Both the position numbers and the translations under genes were made by a program. The notes beneath the pieces are model-generated. The model had not been told where the DNA came from, did not search any database, and saw nothing but the letters and a program-made list of their open reading frames with translations. Positions 45,213-54,162 of a DNA stretch of 55,378 nucleotides are shown here, piece by piece; within the stretch, counting starts at the first letter, position 1, and every line of letters begins with the position of its first letter. This DNA is from Armatimonadota bacterium (lineage in GTDB: Bacteria > Armatimonadota > Zipacnadia > Zipacnadales > UBA11051): contig JAWODS010000209.1 of the NCBI GenBank assembly GCA_046483205.1, positions 1 through 55,378 on the forward strand, read 5' to 3'.

Positions 45213-46163
45213 TCAGACAGGCACAGGGATCTGTTCGATAATCTGCCCGAGAACGGCACTGGCCGTCATGTCGCCCATTCGAGCCTGCGGGGCGAGTTGA
45301 ATGCGATGAGCGAGCGTCGAGGTGACGAGGCGTTTAATATCATCGGGTATAACGTAATCGCGTCCCTGCAGCGTCGCCAGCGCCTGCGAACACCGGACCA
45401 TCGCCAGCGTGCCGCGCGGACTGGCACCCAGTATAAGCTCATCCGACCGCCGCGTGAGCTCGACGATATCCATCACGTAGTCGTAGATTTCATCATCCAC
45501 GTCACATTCGGAGGCCACGGCCTGCAGGTTTTGTATCTCCTCAATCGTGGTGACATGTCCAAGTTGCTCAATCGGATGCTGCCGTAGTTGAGACTGGACG
45601 ATTTCCTTTTCCTGCTCGCGGGTGGGATAGCCGATATTGAGCTTCATCATGAACCGGTCGAGCTGTGATTCGGGGAGCGCGTAAACCCCCTCATGCTCGA
45701 TCGGATTCTCCGTGGCGATGACCAGGAAGGGATCGGGCAGAGGGTAGGTGACACCGTCAACGGTCACCTGGCGCTCCTCCATCGATTCAAGCAGCGCAGA
45801 CTGCGTGCGCGGACTGGCACGATTGATTTCGTCAGCCAGCAGTATATTGGTAAACACCGGACCCCTGCGGAAGGTGAACTCGGAGGTCTTCTGGTTGTAG
45901 ATATTCACGCCCATGACATCCGAGGGGAGGAGATCGGGGGTAAACTGCAGCCGCGAGAACTTTCCGTTCACACTCGCTGCAAGTGCCTTCGCCAGCATCG
46001 TCTTGGCGACCCCCGGAACGTCTTCGAGAAGAATGTGGCCCCCGGCAAGAAGACACACCAGGGTATCTTCAATCACCGAACGTTTGCCGACAATGACGCG
46101 CTCAACGTTTTCGATAATTGCTTCGCAGAGATCCTGCGCCTGCTGGACTGTGGGGATGCTCAT
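45213..46163 (-). CDS. MoxR-family AAA+ ATPase
   Basis: 316 aa. It has ILLEDVPGVAKT (Walker A), ILLADEINRASPRTQSALLE (Walker B) and FLVIATENP. Its stop lies 2 nt before the DUF58 start. Confidence 0.9.
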   Translation of the reverse strand: MSIPTVQQAQDLCEAIIENVERVIVGKRSVIEDTLVCLLAGGHILLEDVPGVAKTMLAKALAASVNGKFSRLQFTPDLLPSDVMGVNIYNQKTSEFTFRRGPVFTNILLADEINRASPRTQSALLESMEERQVTVDGVTYPLPDPFLVIATENPIEHEGVYALPESQLDRFMMKLNIGYPTREQEKEIVQSQLRQHPIEQLGHVTTIEEIQNLQAVASECDVDDEIYDYVMDIVELTRRSDELILGASPRGTLAMVRCSQALATLQGRDYVIPDDIKRLVTSTLAHRIQLAPQARMGDMTASAVLGQIIEQIPVPV

Positions 46164-46301
46164 GTATCAGACTCCGTGTTCGATGCTTTCAACCCCGGCT
46201 GTGTAATTGGAAGTGCGAGAAATCATTGATATCTTTCAGACGAACATTTCCCGTCGAAGAGACGCGAACCTTCTTCAGGTCGTCACCAGGTGCAGGGGGC
46301 C

Positions 46302-46336
46302 AATAAGAAACGGGGACGATGCGGGAAATCGTCCCC
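46302..46336 (-). terminator. intrinsic terminator on the minus strand, about 140 nt upstream of the moxR start
   Basis: Read on the minus strand, GGGGACGAT-ttcccgc-ATCGTCCCC forms a perfect 9-bp stem. It is followed by GTTTCTTATT. Confidence 0.6.
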
Positions 46337-46821
46337 TGAGCAGGCGTTGCACAAGGTATGACGGTATGTGGCATGTCTGGTAATCCGGGATTGAGACATG
46401 ATGGATTGTTAAATATGTGTCAAAACGGACGAAATCGGTGACCCGGGGGAACCGTTGCGAACGGATGGTGGAGTCGTCTCGTTTGGGCCCCACCGGTGGC
46501 AGTGATTTTCATCCGCCAGACGTGTTCGGGAACGGGTATCGATGCGGTTTGTGTGATGAACCGCTAATCAGGCCGTCATACACGACCTTCGCCTGCGCTA
46601 CTGCATTCAGTTGTCTGGTGCCAGCAGATAAAGCCACAGCGGCGACGTCACTCATGCCGCATCCTGTATCGCGACAAAAAAATATCGCCTGCAGCTACGT
46701 CCCGCCGCCGGCGTACGAAGGGTGAGGCGGAGAGGGCGTATCCGGGCGCGACTGGAAGGAGGGAGGGTGACCTTCCGTCTTGTGGTTTTCGCCCTCTCCG
46801 TTCTCACTATACAGACGGTAT

Positions 46822-46850
46822 ATTAAAAACATTTGTTCGGTCGATTTCAA
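46822..46850 (-). promoter_or_regulatory. putative minus-strand sigma70 promoter
   Basis: On the minus strand: TTGAAA (46850-46845), then 17 nt, then TTTAAT (46827-46822). It is divergent from the mtaD promoter. Confidence 0.45.
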
Positions 46851-46874
46851 AAAATCTGCAACAATTTCGCTCAA

Positions 46875-46903
46875 TTGCCTCACAACCCCACTCACTGTAT
46901 AAT
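46875..46903 (+). promoter_or_regulatory. near-consensus sigma70 promoter for mtaD-aroF
   Basis: TTGCCT (46875-46880), then 17 nt, then TATAAT (46898-46903). It lies about 50 nt upstream of the mtaD ATG. Confidence 0.6.
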
Positions 46904-46954
46904 ATACCCACTGCCGGATGATATTACTCACCCCTGCGCTTGTTGGAGGCCTGT

Positions 46955-48280
46955 ATGTCCACGCTTCGTGTGATCAATGCAACGATACTTCCACTTGCCG
47001 GCGGCAGCGACGTCATTACCGACGGCGAGCTGGTGGCCGAGGACGGCGAGATTGTTTACGTAGGCCCGCGGCGAGATATGCCGCAGGAGGCTGACGAGAT
47101 CATTGATGCCGCTGGTGACTGCATGCTGCCGGGATTTGTCAACGCCCACACTCACGCTGCAATGACGCTTTTGCGGGGATTTGCTGATGATCTGCCGCTG
47201 CAGACGTGGCTGCAGGATCGCATCTGGCCGATCGAGGAGAACCTTGTCGAGGATGATGTGTACTGGGGGACCATGCTCGGGGCTGTGGAGATGCTTGCTG
47301 CGGGTATCACCTGCTATTGCGACATGTATCACTACTTTCAGGCGGGCACCCGGGCGGCCATCGACAGCGGCATGAGAGTCCGGCCCTCGGGAGTGCTGCT
47401 GCAGTTTTCTGATGATCCGGAGGCCCTCATGCAGGAGGCCTTCGAATTCACCATCGCGATGAAAACAGAAAGCCCGGACCGCATTATGCCGGTTCTGGGA
47501 CCGCATGCAGCTTACTCGTGCACTGACGAGATGCTGAAGAAAGTCGCCTCTGTTGCCCGGGAACATGATCTTCCCGTGCATATTCATATCTCCGAGACCG
47601 CACAGGAAGTCTCCGATATTCTGGATGAAACGGGTATGCGCCCGGTAGAGTATCTCGATACGGTCGGCATACTTGACACCAGGCTCATCGGCGTTCACTG
47701 CGTGCATCTGAGTGACCATGAGATTGAAAGGCTCGTAGAAACTGACAGCGGTGTCGTGCATTGCCCCACCAGCAATATGAAGCTGGCATCGGGGTTTGCG
47801 CCGGTGCGCGAGTTTGTACGTGCCGATGCAAACATCGGGCTGGGAACTGATGGGGCAGCCTCCAACAACCGCCTGGACATCCAGCGGGAGGCAAGCCTGG
47901 CGGCTCTCATTCACAAGGGATACCTGGATGATTCCACGGCGCTCTCGGCCGAACAGACGCTGACTATGGCGACTGTCGGAGGGGCGCGCGCGCTGCATAT
48001 CGACCACCTCGTGGGCTCCCTGGAAGTCGGGAAGCGGGCTGATTTCATACTCCTGTCGCTTGAGGCCCCCCACAACCGCCCACTGCACAATATCTGCTCA
48101 CAAATCATCTATGCAGCCAATGCCCGGGACGTATGGTGCACGGTGGTGGATGGAGAAGTTCTTTACCGAAATGGCGAGTATCCGCAGCTTGACGCCGAAA
48201 AAATCATCGCCCACGCCGAAGAATGTGCGGAGCGGCTGATCGGTGATTACAGTCGTTCACAACAGCAGGCGAGCACGTAA
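46955..48280 (+). CDS. mtaD: 5-methylthioadenosine/S-adenosylhomocysteine deaminase-type amidohydrolase
   Basis: The motifs are PGFVNAHTHAAMTLLRG, DDLPLQTWL, HISET, VHCVH and GTDGAASNN. ATG at 46955 lies 6 nt after GGAGG. Confidence 0.8.
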   Translation: MSTLRVINATILPLAGGSDVITDGELVAEDGEIVYVGPRRDMPQEADEIIDAAGDCMLPGFVNAHTHAAMTLLRGFADDLPLQTWLQDRIWPIEENLVEDDVYWGTMLGAVEMLAAGITCYCDMYHYFQAGTRAAIDSGMRVRPSGVLLQFSDDPEALMQEAFEFTIAMKTESPDRIMPVLGPHAAYSCTDEMLKKVASVAREHDLPVHIHISETAQEVSDILDETGMRPVEYLDTVGILDTRLIGVHCVHLSDHEIERLVETDSGVVHCPTSNMKLASGFAPVREFVRADANIGLGTDGAASNNRLDIQREASLAALIHKGYLDDSTALSAEQTLTMATVGGARALHIDHLVGSLEVGKRADFILLSLEAPHNRPLHNICSQIIYAANARDVWCTVVDGEVLYRNGEYPQLDAEKIIAHAEECAERLIGDYSRSQQQAST

Positions 48281-48312
48281 CGTAACGCCAGCGCAGGCAG
48301 GTTGAGATAACT

Positions 48313-49329
48313 ATGGTTATTGTAATGAAGACCGGCGCCGAAGAAGACACGGTTCAGGCCGTCATCAACAAGGTGTCGGAACTGGGGTTCACGCCACACC
48401 CAATCTATGGCGTGGAGAAAACAGTCGTTGCGGTTATCGGAGAAAAGACGCAGGACAAGATCGATACTCTGAAGACCATGCAGGGTGTGGAGCGTATCGT
48501 ACCGATCCTGCAGCCCTTCAAGCTCGCGGCCCGGGAGGTGCAGCCCACCGGGACAACGGTGAGAGTGTCCGATGATACGGTGGTAGGCGGCGATGAGATT
48601 ATCATGATGGCGGGCCCGTGCGCCATCGAGAGCCTCGAGCAGTACCTCGCCATCGGCCGGTATGTGAAGGATTCGGGCGGGAAAGTGCTGCGTGGTGGCA
48701 TTTACAAGCCGCGGACATCGCCGCACGATTTTCAGGGCCTGCGGGAAGACGGTATTCCCATTATGCGGCAGGTGCGTGAGGAGATCGGCCTGCCCATGGT
48801 GTCGGAGGTCCTTGATCCGCGCGACGTCGAGCTCATGTACGACGTCGTGGACATTTTCCAGATCGGCACCCGAAACATGCAGAACTTCAGCCTGCTCACT
48901 GAATGTGGCAAATCACAAAAACCTGTCGTCATCAAGCGGGGCATGAGTGCCACTCTGGAAGACCTGCTGAAAGCCGCCGAATACGTCCTCGTCGAAGATA
49001 ACGATGATGTGATCCTTTGTGAGCGGGGTATCCGCACCTTTGAAACACAGTACCGCAACACCCTGGATATCTCCGCAGTCCCTGCTCTGAAATCCATGAG
49101 CCACCTGCCTGTGATCGTCGATCCAAGCCACGCGGCAGGTCGGCCGGACCTCGTCCCGGCTCTCTGCAAGGCCGCCATATCCGCCGGAGCCGATGGCCTG
49201 CTGGTGGAGACGCATGCAGATCCGACGGATGCGCTGGTGGATGGTGACCAGTCTCTGGACGCGCAGCAATTCAGGCAGATGATGCAGGATCTCCGCCCGT
49301 TTGCCAGGGCAGCGGGGCGGAAACTGTGA
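48313..49329 (+). CDS. aroF: 3-deoxy-7-phosphoheptulonate (DAHP) synthase, type I-beta with an N-terminal ferredoxin-like regulatory domain
   Basis: 338 aa. The N-terminal MVIVMK...VINKV...G resembles the Thermotoga-type regulatory domain. The core carries GPCAIES, LRGGIYKPRTSP, KRG and DPSHA. Confidence 0.85.
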   Translation: MVIVMKTGAEEDTVQAVINKVSELGFTPHPIYGVEKTVVAVIGEKTQDKIDTLKTMQGVERIVPILQPFKLAAREVQPTGTTVRVSDDTVVGGDEIIMMAGPCAIESLEQYLAIGRYVKDSGGKVLRGGIYKPRTSPHDFQGLREDGIPIMRQVREEIGLPMVSEVLDPRDVELMYDVVDIFQIGTRNMQNFSLLTECGKSQKPVVIKRGMSATLEDLLKAAEYVLVEDNDDVILCERGIRTFETQYRNTLDISAVPALKSMSHLPVIVDPSHAAGRPDLVPALCKAAISAGADGLLVETHADPTDALVDGDQSLDAQQFRQMMQDLRPFARAAGRKL

Positions 49330-49345
49330 GCGTCCGAGAACAGCA

Positions 49346-50350
49346 GTGAGGTGTCAGCAAATCAGCCAACAGCCACAAACCGACGATGGGGCCGTCACTG
49401 TGCCACTGCTCGTTATCGCGGGCCCGACCGCAGCCGGCAAGACCGAGGCGGCGCTGTGTGTGGCCGAAGAGGTATCCGGCGAGATCGTCTCGGCCGACTC
49501 AATGCAGATTTACAAATATATGGACATCGGCACGGCCAAGCCGACCCCCCGGGAGCGATCGAGGGCCCCCATTCATCTGGTTGATTTTGTCGATCCGCGA
49601 GAGGGCTTCACGGTTGTCGATTTTCAGCAGCGGGCGGAAGCACATATCCAGGATATCGCGCACAGGGGCCGTCTGCCGATCCTGTGCGGTGGGACGGGAC
49701 TTTATATAAAATCGATTATTCAGCACATGGACTTTCCGCCCGAGCTTTCTGATGAGGAAAAGGCCATTCGGAAGCGCCTCCACCGCCGTGCGGAGGAAGT
49801 GGGCAGTGCCGCACTTCATGTGGAGCTGGCGGACATCGACCCGGAGGCGGCCGCCAAAATCGAGCCGCAGGATACCAGGCGTATCATCAGGGCGCTGGAG
49901 GTCATCGCAAGCACGGGACAGCTTTTTTCAGCACAGCAGTCCGTTGACGACAGTCCTGACGTGGTCTATAATTTAAGGCAATATGTTGTAACCCGCCCGC
50001 GAGAGCTTTTGTACGAAGGTATCGAAACGCGGGTGGATCGGATGCTGGAAGCCGGCTGGCTGGCGGAAGTGAAAGAGCTTCGGGAAATGGGTCTGACGCG
50101 CGAGGACCAGTCCATGAAAGCCATAGGCTACCGGCACCTGCTTGCATATCTGGATGGTAAAGCCGACTGGGACAGCACCATTGAAGATATCAAGCGAGAT
50201 ACACGCAGGTTTGCCAAGCGCCAGTTGACATGGTTCCGCTCCGGAGACTATGAGTGGCTTGAGTGGGGTACGCCTGCAGAGTTTGAAAATGCAGTTGAAG
50301 TATTGAAACGTACTGGACACCAATTGCGTGACAGGGCTTTGGGTGAGTGA
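49346..50350 (+). CDS. miaA: tRNA dimethylallyltransferase
   Basis: The motifs are LLVIAGPTAAGKT, SADSMQIYKYMDIGTAKP, GGTGLY and RQLTWFR. The start is ambiguous: GTG at 49346 or GTG at 49400. Confidence 0.88.
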   Translation: MRCQQISQQPQTDDGAVTVPLLVIAGPTAAGKTEAALCVAEEVSGEIVSADSMQIYKYMDIGTAKPTPRERSRAPIHLVDFVDPREGFTVVDFQQRAEAHIQDIAHRGRLPILCGGTGLYIKSIIQHMDFPPELSDEEKAIRKRLHRRAEEVGSAALHVELADIDPEAAAKIEPQDTRRIIRALEVIASTGQLFSAQQSVDDSPDVVYNLRQYVVTRPRELLYEGIETRVDRMLEAGWLAEVKELREMGLTREDQSMKAIGYRHLLAYLDGKADWDSTIEDIKRDTRRFAKRQLTWFRSGDYEWLEWGTPAEFENAVEVLKRTGHQLRDRALGE

Positions 50351-50351
50351 A

Positions 50352-50576
50352 TTGGCTAACAAGAAGGGGAATGTCCAGGACGCGTATCTCGAACGGATGC
50401 GGAAAAAATCTACCCGTATTCGCGTCGTACTCCTCGACGGAAAAAAGCTGACCGGGGTCGTCAAAGCGTATGACGCCTTCACCCTGATTTTGACCGTCGA
50501 TCCTGGAGGGGCGGATGTGCTAATATACAAGAGCGCAATCGCAGTAATAGGCCCCGCAAAAATGGGTGCGCAATAG
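50352..50576 (+). CDS. hfq: RNA chaperone Hfq
   Basis: It has the Sm1/Sm2 motifs VQDAYLERMRKKSTRIRVVLLDGKKLTGVVKAYDAFTLIL...VLIYKSAI. TTG at 50352 lies after GGGTGAG. The alternative start is GTG at 50343. Confidence 0.88.
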   Translation: MANKKGNVQDAYLERMRKKSTRIRVVLLDGKKLTGVVKAYDAFTLILTVDPGGADVLIYKSAIAVIGPAKMGAQ

Positions 50577-50612
50577 GCGGCGCATACGTCAATCAGTGCG
50601 CGTCGTCGAAAA

Positions 50613-50646
50613 CACGATGGGCTTCACGCCTGTCGTGCTTTTTTAT
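50613..50646 (+). terminator. rho-independent terminator after hfq
   Basis: CACGATGGGC-ttcac-GCCTGTCGTG forms a 10-bp stem (2 G-U pairs). It is followed by CTTTTTTAT. Confidence 0.6.
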
Positions 50647-50678
50647 AAGACCGCTGTATCGGGAATGTGGTGCTGCAC

Positions 50679-51551
50679 ATGCAATTTACCAAGCTGCATG
50701 GTCTCGGCAATGACTATATCTACATTGACGCAATGGAAAACGATCTGGACGACTACGACCTCTCACGCCTGACGGCGGTCCTTTCCGACCGTCATTTCGG
50801 TATCGGCGGCGACGGCGTTATCCTTATTGATGAGGCTGATGAGGTCGATTTCAGCATGCGCATCTTTAACGCCGATGGCAGCGAGGCCGAGATGTGTGGC
50901 AATGGCATACGGGCTTTTGCAAAATACCTCTACGAACACCATAAGACCACCAAGACCGAGCTGGAAGTGGAGACGCTTGCCGGGATCATCCGCCCCGAGA
51001 TGACGGTGGAAGACGGAGAGGTGACCCACGTCCGGGTGGATATGGGGCCTCCGAGACTGAAGCGCGAAGACATCCCAATGGCAGGAGAGCCACAGGATGA
51101 GCCGGTCATCGGCGAAATGCTCACTGTGGATGATCGTGATTTCGAGATTACCTGTGTATCCATGGGTAATCCCCACTGCGTTATTTTTGTCCCGGCGATT
51201 ACCGACATGCTAGTTTATACCTATGGACCACAGATCGAGGTGCATCCGGCGTTCCCGGCCCGCACGAACGTCGAATTCGTCCAGATCGTGGACACACACG
51301 CCGCTCAAATGCGCGTGTGGGAGCGGGGCGCGGGAGAGACGATGGCGTGTGGTACCGGGGCGTCGGCGAGTGCGGTCGCGGCCATACTTAACGGCCACTG
51401 CAGCGATCATGTGGTGATGCGGCTGCGCGGAGGCTATCTGTCGATCGAGTGGCAGGAGGGTGAAAGCGTGTTTCTGACAGGGCCCGCCACCGAAGTCTTC
51501 AGCGGCCAGGTCCATCCATCACTTTTGCAAAAGGCCCGCTCGGAAGACTGA
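50679..51551 (+). CDS. dapF: diaminopimelate epimerase
   Basis: The motifs are MQFTKLHGLGNDYIYID, catalytic Cys contexts EMCGNGIR and MACGTGASA, and SMGNPHCV. Confidence 0.9.
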   Translation: MQFTKLHGLGNDYIYIDAMENDLDDYDLSRLTAVLSDRHFGIGGDGVILIDEADEVDFSMRIFNADGSEAEMCGNGIRAFAKYLYEHHKTTKTELEVETLAGIIRPEMTVEDGEVTHVRVDMGPPRLKREDIPMAGEPQDEPVIGEMLTVDDRDFEITCVSMGNPHCVIFVPAITDMLVYTYGPQIEVHPAFPARTNVEFVQIVDTHAAQMRVWERGAGETMACGTGASASAVAAILNGHCSDHVVMRLRGGYLSIEWQEGESVFLTGPATEVFSGQVHPSLLQKARSED

Positions 51552-51602
51552 ATTGCCGCAAACATTTCATACAGATGTTGTCACTACCGAGGAGGAAAAG
51601 AC

Positions 51603-52796
51603 GTGGATCTCGATCTTGCCCAGCGACTACAGCGCATCCCACCGTACCCCTTCCGGGAGATTGCTCAGATCAAGGCGAAAATGATCAAAGAGGGCAATGA
51701 GCCGATAGATTTCGGTATCGGAGACCCGGACATGCCGACGCCTGAGTACGTTATCGAGGCGCTGTGTGAAGCGGCTCACGACCCGGCGACACACCCCTAT
51801 GACGAGAGCGGCTACGGCCTGCCCGAATTCAAACAGGCTGTGTCCGATTTTATGGATAAACGTTTCGGTGTGAGGGTGGACCCCGATGGGGAAGTCCAGT
51901 GCACCATCGGTTGCAAGGAATCACTGGCACACATCATCTGGGCATACATTGATCCCAGCGACATCGTCCTGGTGCCGGATCCCGCGTACTCGGTGTATAA
52001 GGTCCAGACGACGTGGTGCGGTGGCGCTCCGTTCCCGATGCCGCTTTTGCCCGAAAACAACTTCCTTCCCGACCTGGAGGCAATCCCGGAGCCGACCCGA
52101 AAAGAAGCAAAGATGATGTTTCTGAATTACCCGAATAACCCCACCGGGGCGGTCGCCGACCTGGGATTCCTGCAGGATGTCGTCGAGTTCGCCAGGGAAT
52201 ATGACATTCTGCTGGTCAATGACTGCGCATATTCCGAGGTCCGGTATGATGATTACGAGACCCACTCCATCCTCGAAGTGGAGGGCGCAAAGGAGTGCGC
52301 AATCGAGATGCACTCTTTCTCCAAGACTTTCAACATGACGGGCTGGCGGGTCGCCTGGAGCTGTGGGGGCGAGCAGTTTGTGGATGCGCTCTCTACGGCG
52401 AAGAGCAACGTCGATTCAGGTACCTTCATGGCAGTCCAGCGAGCCGCAATTGCAGCGCTGGAGGGGTATGACGAGTTCATCGGCGAACTTATGGCGGAAT
52501 ACACGCGGCGCCGTGACGCGCTGGTGAAGGGACTGCAGTGGCTCGGCTGTCCCATAAAGGCGCCGGATGCAACGTTTTACGTATGGGTGCCCATCCCCAA
52601 AAACTACGAAACAGCCGCCGACTTCTCCAGAGATCTGCTCACGGAGTGTGGCGTTCTGTGTATTCCGGGGGCTGTGTATGGCGTGTATGGTGAGGGCTTT
52701 GTGCGATTCTCCCTGACAATCAAGGGAGATGAGAAAATCGGCCAGATCGAAGAGGCCGTCGAACGAATCGACACCAATCTTTCGCTGGAGTGGTGA
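51603..52796 (+). CDS. dapL: LL-diaminopimelate aminotransferase (class I aminotransferase)
   Basis: 397 aa. The motifs are IPPYPFREI, GIGDPDMPTP, LNYPNNPTG, HSFSKTFNMTGWRVAW (PLP lysine) and KSNVDSGTF. It is adjacent to dapF. GTG at 51603 lies 7 nt after GAGGAGG. Confidence 0.72.
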   Translation: MDLDLAQRLQRIPPYPFREIAQIKAKMIKEGNEPIDFGIGDPDMPTPEYVIEALCEAAHDPATHPYDESGYGLPEFKQAVSDFMDKRFGVRVDPDGEVQCTIGCKESLAHIIWAYIDPSDIVLVPDPAYSVYKVQTTWCGGAPFPMPLLPENNFLPDLEAIPEPTRKEAKMMFLNYPNNPTGAVADLGFLQDVVEFAREYDILLVNDCAYSEVRYDDYETHSILEVEGAKECAIEMHSFSKTFNMTGWRVAWSCGGEQFVDALSTAKSNVDSGTFMAVQRAAIAALEGYDEFIGELMAEYTRRRDALVKGLQWLGCPIKAPDATFYVWVPIPKNYETAADFSRDLLTECGVLCIPGAVYGVYGEGFVRFSLTIKGDEKIGQIEEAVERIDTNLSLEW

Positions 52797-52830
52797 AAGG
52801 ACGCTGTCCCGGAACACCTGGTGATAAATT

Positions 52831-54138
52831 GTGCAGGAAATCATAGAAGTTGGCCTTGAACGCCTTGAGCTTCCGCAGGCGGAAGACGCAGTACTTGTCG
52901 GCCTGAAGAAGCTGAGAGGTGAAGGGCTGCGATCAATGCGAGAGCTGGCGAATCTGGCCATTTCCGCGGGGGCTCGACCGGTTGATGTGCTTATACAGCC
53001 CCGGCGTTCGCCCAGGCCCGCAACATATATCGGCACTGGAAAGCTGGAGGAGCTGAAAGCCCTCCAGCTGTCTCTCGATGCCGAGATCGTGCTTTTCGAC
53101 GACGAGTTGACGCCGGTGCAGGTCAGCAACCTGGTGGACGAACTTGAGTGCAAGGTCCTCGATCGAAGCGAGCTGATCCTCGACATTTTCGCCCAGCACG
53201 CCACCAGCCGCGAGGGGCAGTTGCAGGTTGAATTGGCCCAGCTTTCGTATCTTCTCCCGCGCCTTGTCGGAAAAGGCCGCATGATGGACCGAATCGGTGC
53301 GGGTGGCGGACAGGTCGGTGGCGTGGGCGTCAGAGGGCCCGGCGAGACCCGGCTGGAGACCCAGCGCAGGCGTTTGCGCAGGCGGATCGCGAAGCTCAAG
53401 GAGGAACTCGAAGAGGTTCGGAGACACCGGGAGGTTGAAAAACAGGGCCGCCAGCGGGGCGGTCTGGCCATGGTATCGCTCGTGGGATACACAAACGCCG
53501 GAAAATCAACGCTTCTGAACGCTCTGGTAGGATCAGATGAAGTGCGGGCTAACAACAGGCTCTTTGAGACCCTTGATACGACCATCCGCAAGATGGAGAT
53601 CGAGGGGGCCGAAATTCTCATCAGCGACACCGTCGGCTTCATTCACAAGCTTCCGAGGGCGCTTCTGTCGGCGTTCATGGCGACTCTTGAGCAGCTCGAA
53701 GAGGCTGATGTAATTTTGCATGTGCTCGACGCCAGTCAGCAGTGGGTAGAGACCGAACGAGAGGCCAGCGACGACATGCTGGAGAAGATCGGTGTGGCGG
53801 ACCGTCCCACGATTGTTGTGCTCAACAAGTGGGACCAGGTGGCAGGCACTGAACGGGCTGAATATCTGAAAGAGCGGATGCCCGATGCACTGCCGATTTC
53901 GGCTCAGGAACGTGCGGGACTCGACGAACTGCGGAACCGCATCGCACAGGTGGCTTTCTCAATGCTTGTTCCTCTGACATTGCAGATCCCATACGACAGT
54001 ATGCAGGTGCTGCAGATGTGCCGCAACAACGGCCGGGTGCTGGAAACGCGTTACGAGGATGAATATGTGGCGGCAGATGTCGAAATGAAGCCGGAAATGG
54101 TGGAGCGCTTGAGGTCATACGTGGTTGCTCCCGGGTAA
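52831..54138 (+). CDS. hflX: GTPase HflX
   Basis: 435 aa. It has the HflX N-domain (ATYIGTGKLEEL, IFDDELTPVQ.NL, ILDIFAQHA), GPGETRLETQRR, and a G domain (GYTNAGKSTL, DTVGF, NKWD). Confidence 0.9.
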   Translation: MQEIIEVGLERLELPQAEDAVLVGLKKLRGEGLRSMRELANLAISAGARPVDVLIQPRRSPRPATYIGTGKLEELKALQLSLDAEIVLFDDELTPVQVSNLVDELECKVLDRSELILDIFAQHATSREGQLQVELAQLSYLLPRLVGKGRMMDRIGAGGGQVGGVGVRGPGETRLETQRRRLRRRIAKLKEELEEVRRHREVEKQGRQRGGLAMVSLVGYTNAGKSTLLNALVGSDEVRANNRLFETLDTTIRKMEIEGAEILISDTVGFIHKLPRALLSAFMATLEQLEEADVILHVLDASQQWVETEREASDDMLEKIGVADRPTIVVLNKWDQVAGTERAEYLKERMPDALPISAQERAGLDELRNRIAQVAFSMLVPLTLQIPYDSMQVLQMCRNNGRVLETRYEDEYVAADVEMKPEMVERLRSYVVAPG

Positions 54139-54162
54139 GAATCGGCAGGAGTCGTTACGACA

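Noticed and set aside
46465-46500. CTCCACCA string on the minus strand (tmRNA/tRNA 3'-end-like)
   Set aside because: There is no adjacent T-arm (GGTTCGAATCC-like), no acceptor pairing, and no GGGG...TTCGAC tmRNA 5' end anywhere in the gap.
46515-46545. 5S rRNA-like string CCCGTTCCCGAACAC on the minus strand
   Set aside because: Only the CCCGAAC core resembles 5S loop C. The flanks lack the GAAGTGAAAC and GGTAG (loop E) elements, and no helix I pairing of about 117 nt could be built.
46417-46725. 102-aa plus-strand ORF in the long intergenic gap
   Set aside because: It has no SD or promoter upstream and a Cys/Pro/Arg-rich translation with no recognisable domain. It overlaps the hairpin-rich region better explained as RNA.
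46695-46931. 78-aa minus-strand ORF in the long intergenic gap
   Set aside because: Its 5' part spans both divergent promoters, so it could not be transcribed from them. It has no SD and a P/S/G-rich tail.
46928-48088. 386-aa minus-strand ORF
   Set aside because: It is antisense to mtaD, whose metal-binding motifs are clear. It also overlaps the mtaD ribosome-binding site and start codon.
52416-53642. 408-aa minus-strand ORF
   Set aside because: It is antisense to dapL and hflX. Its S/R/P-rich low-complexity translation marks it as a shadow ORF.
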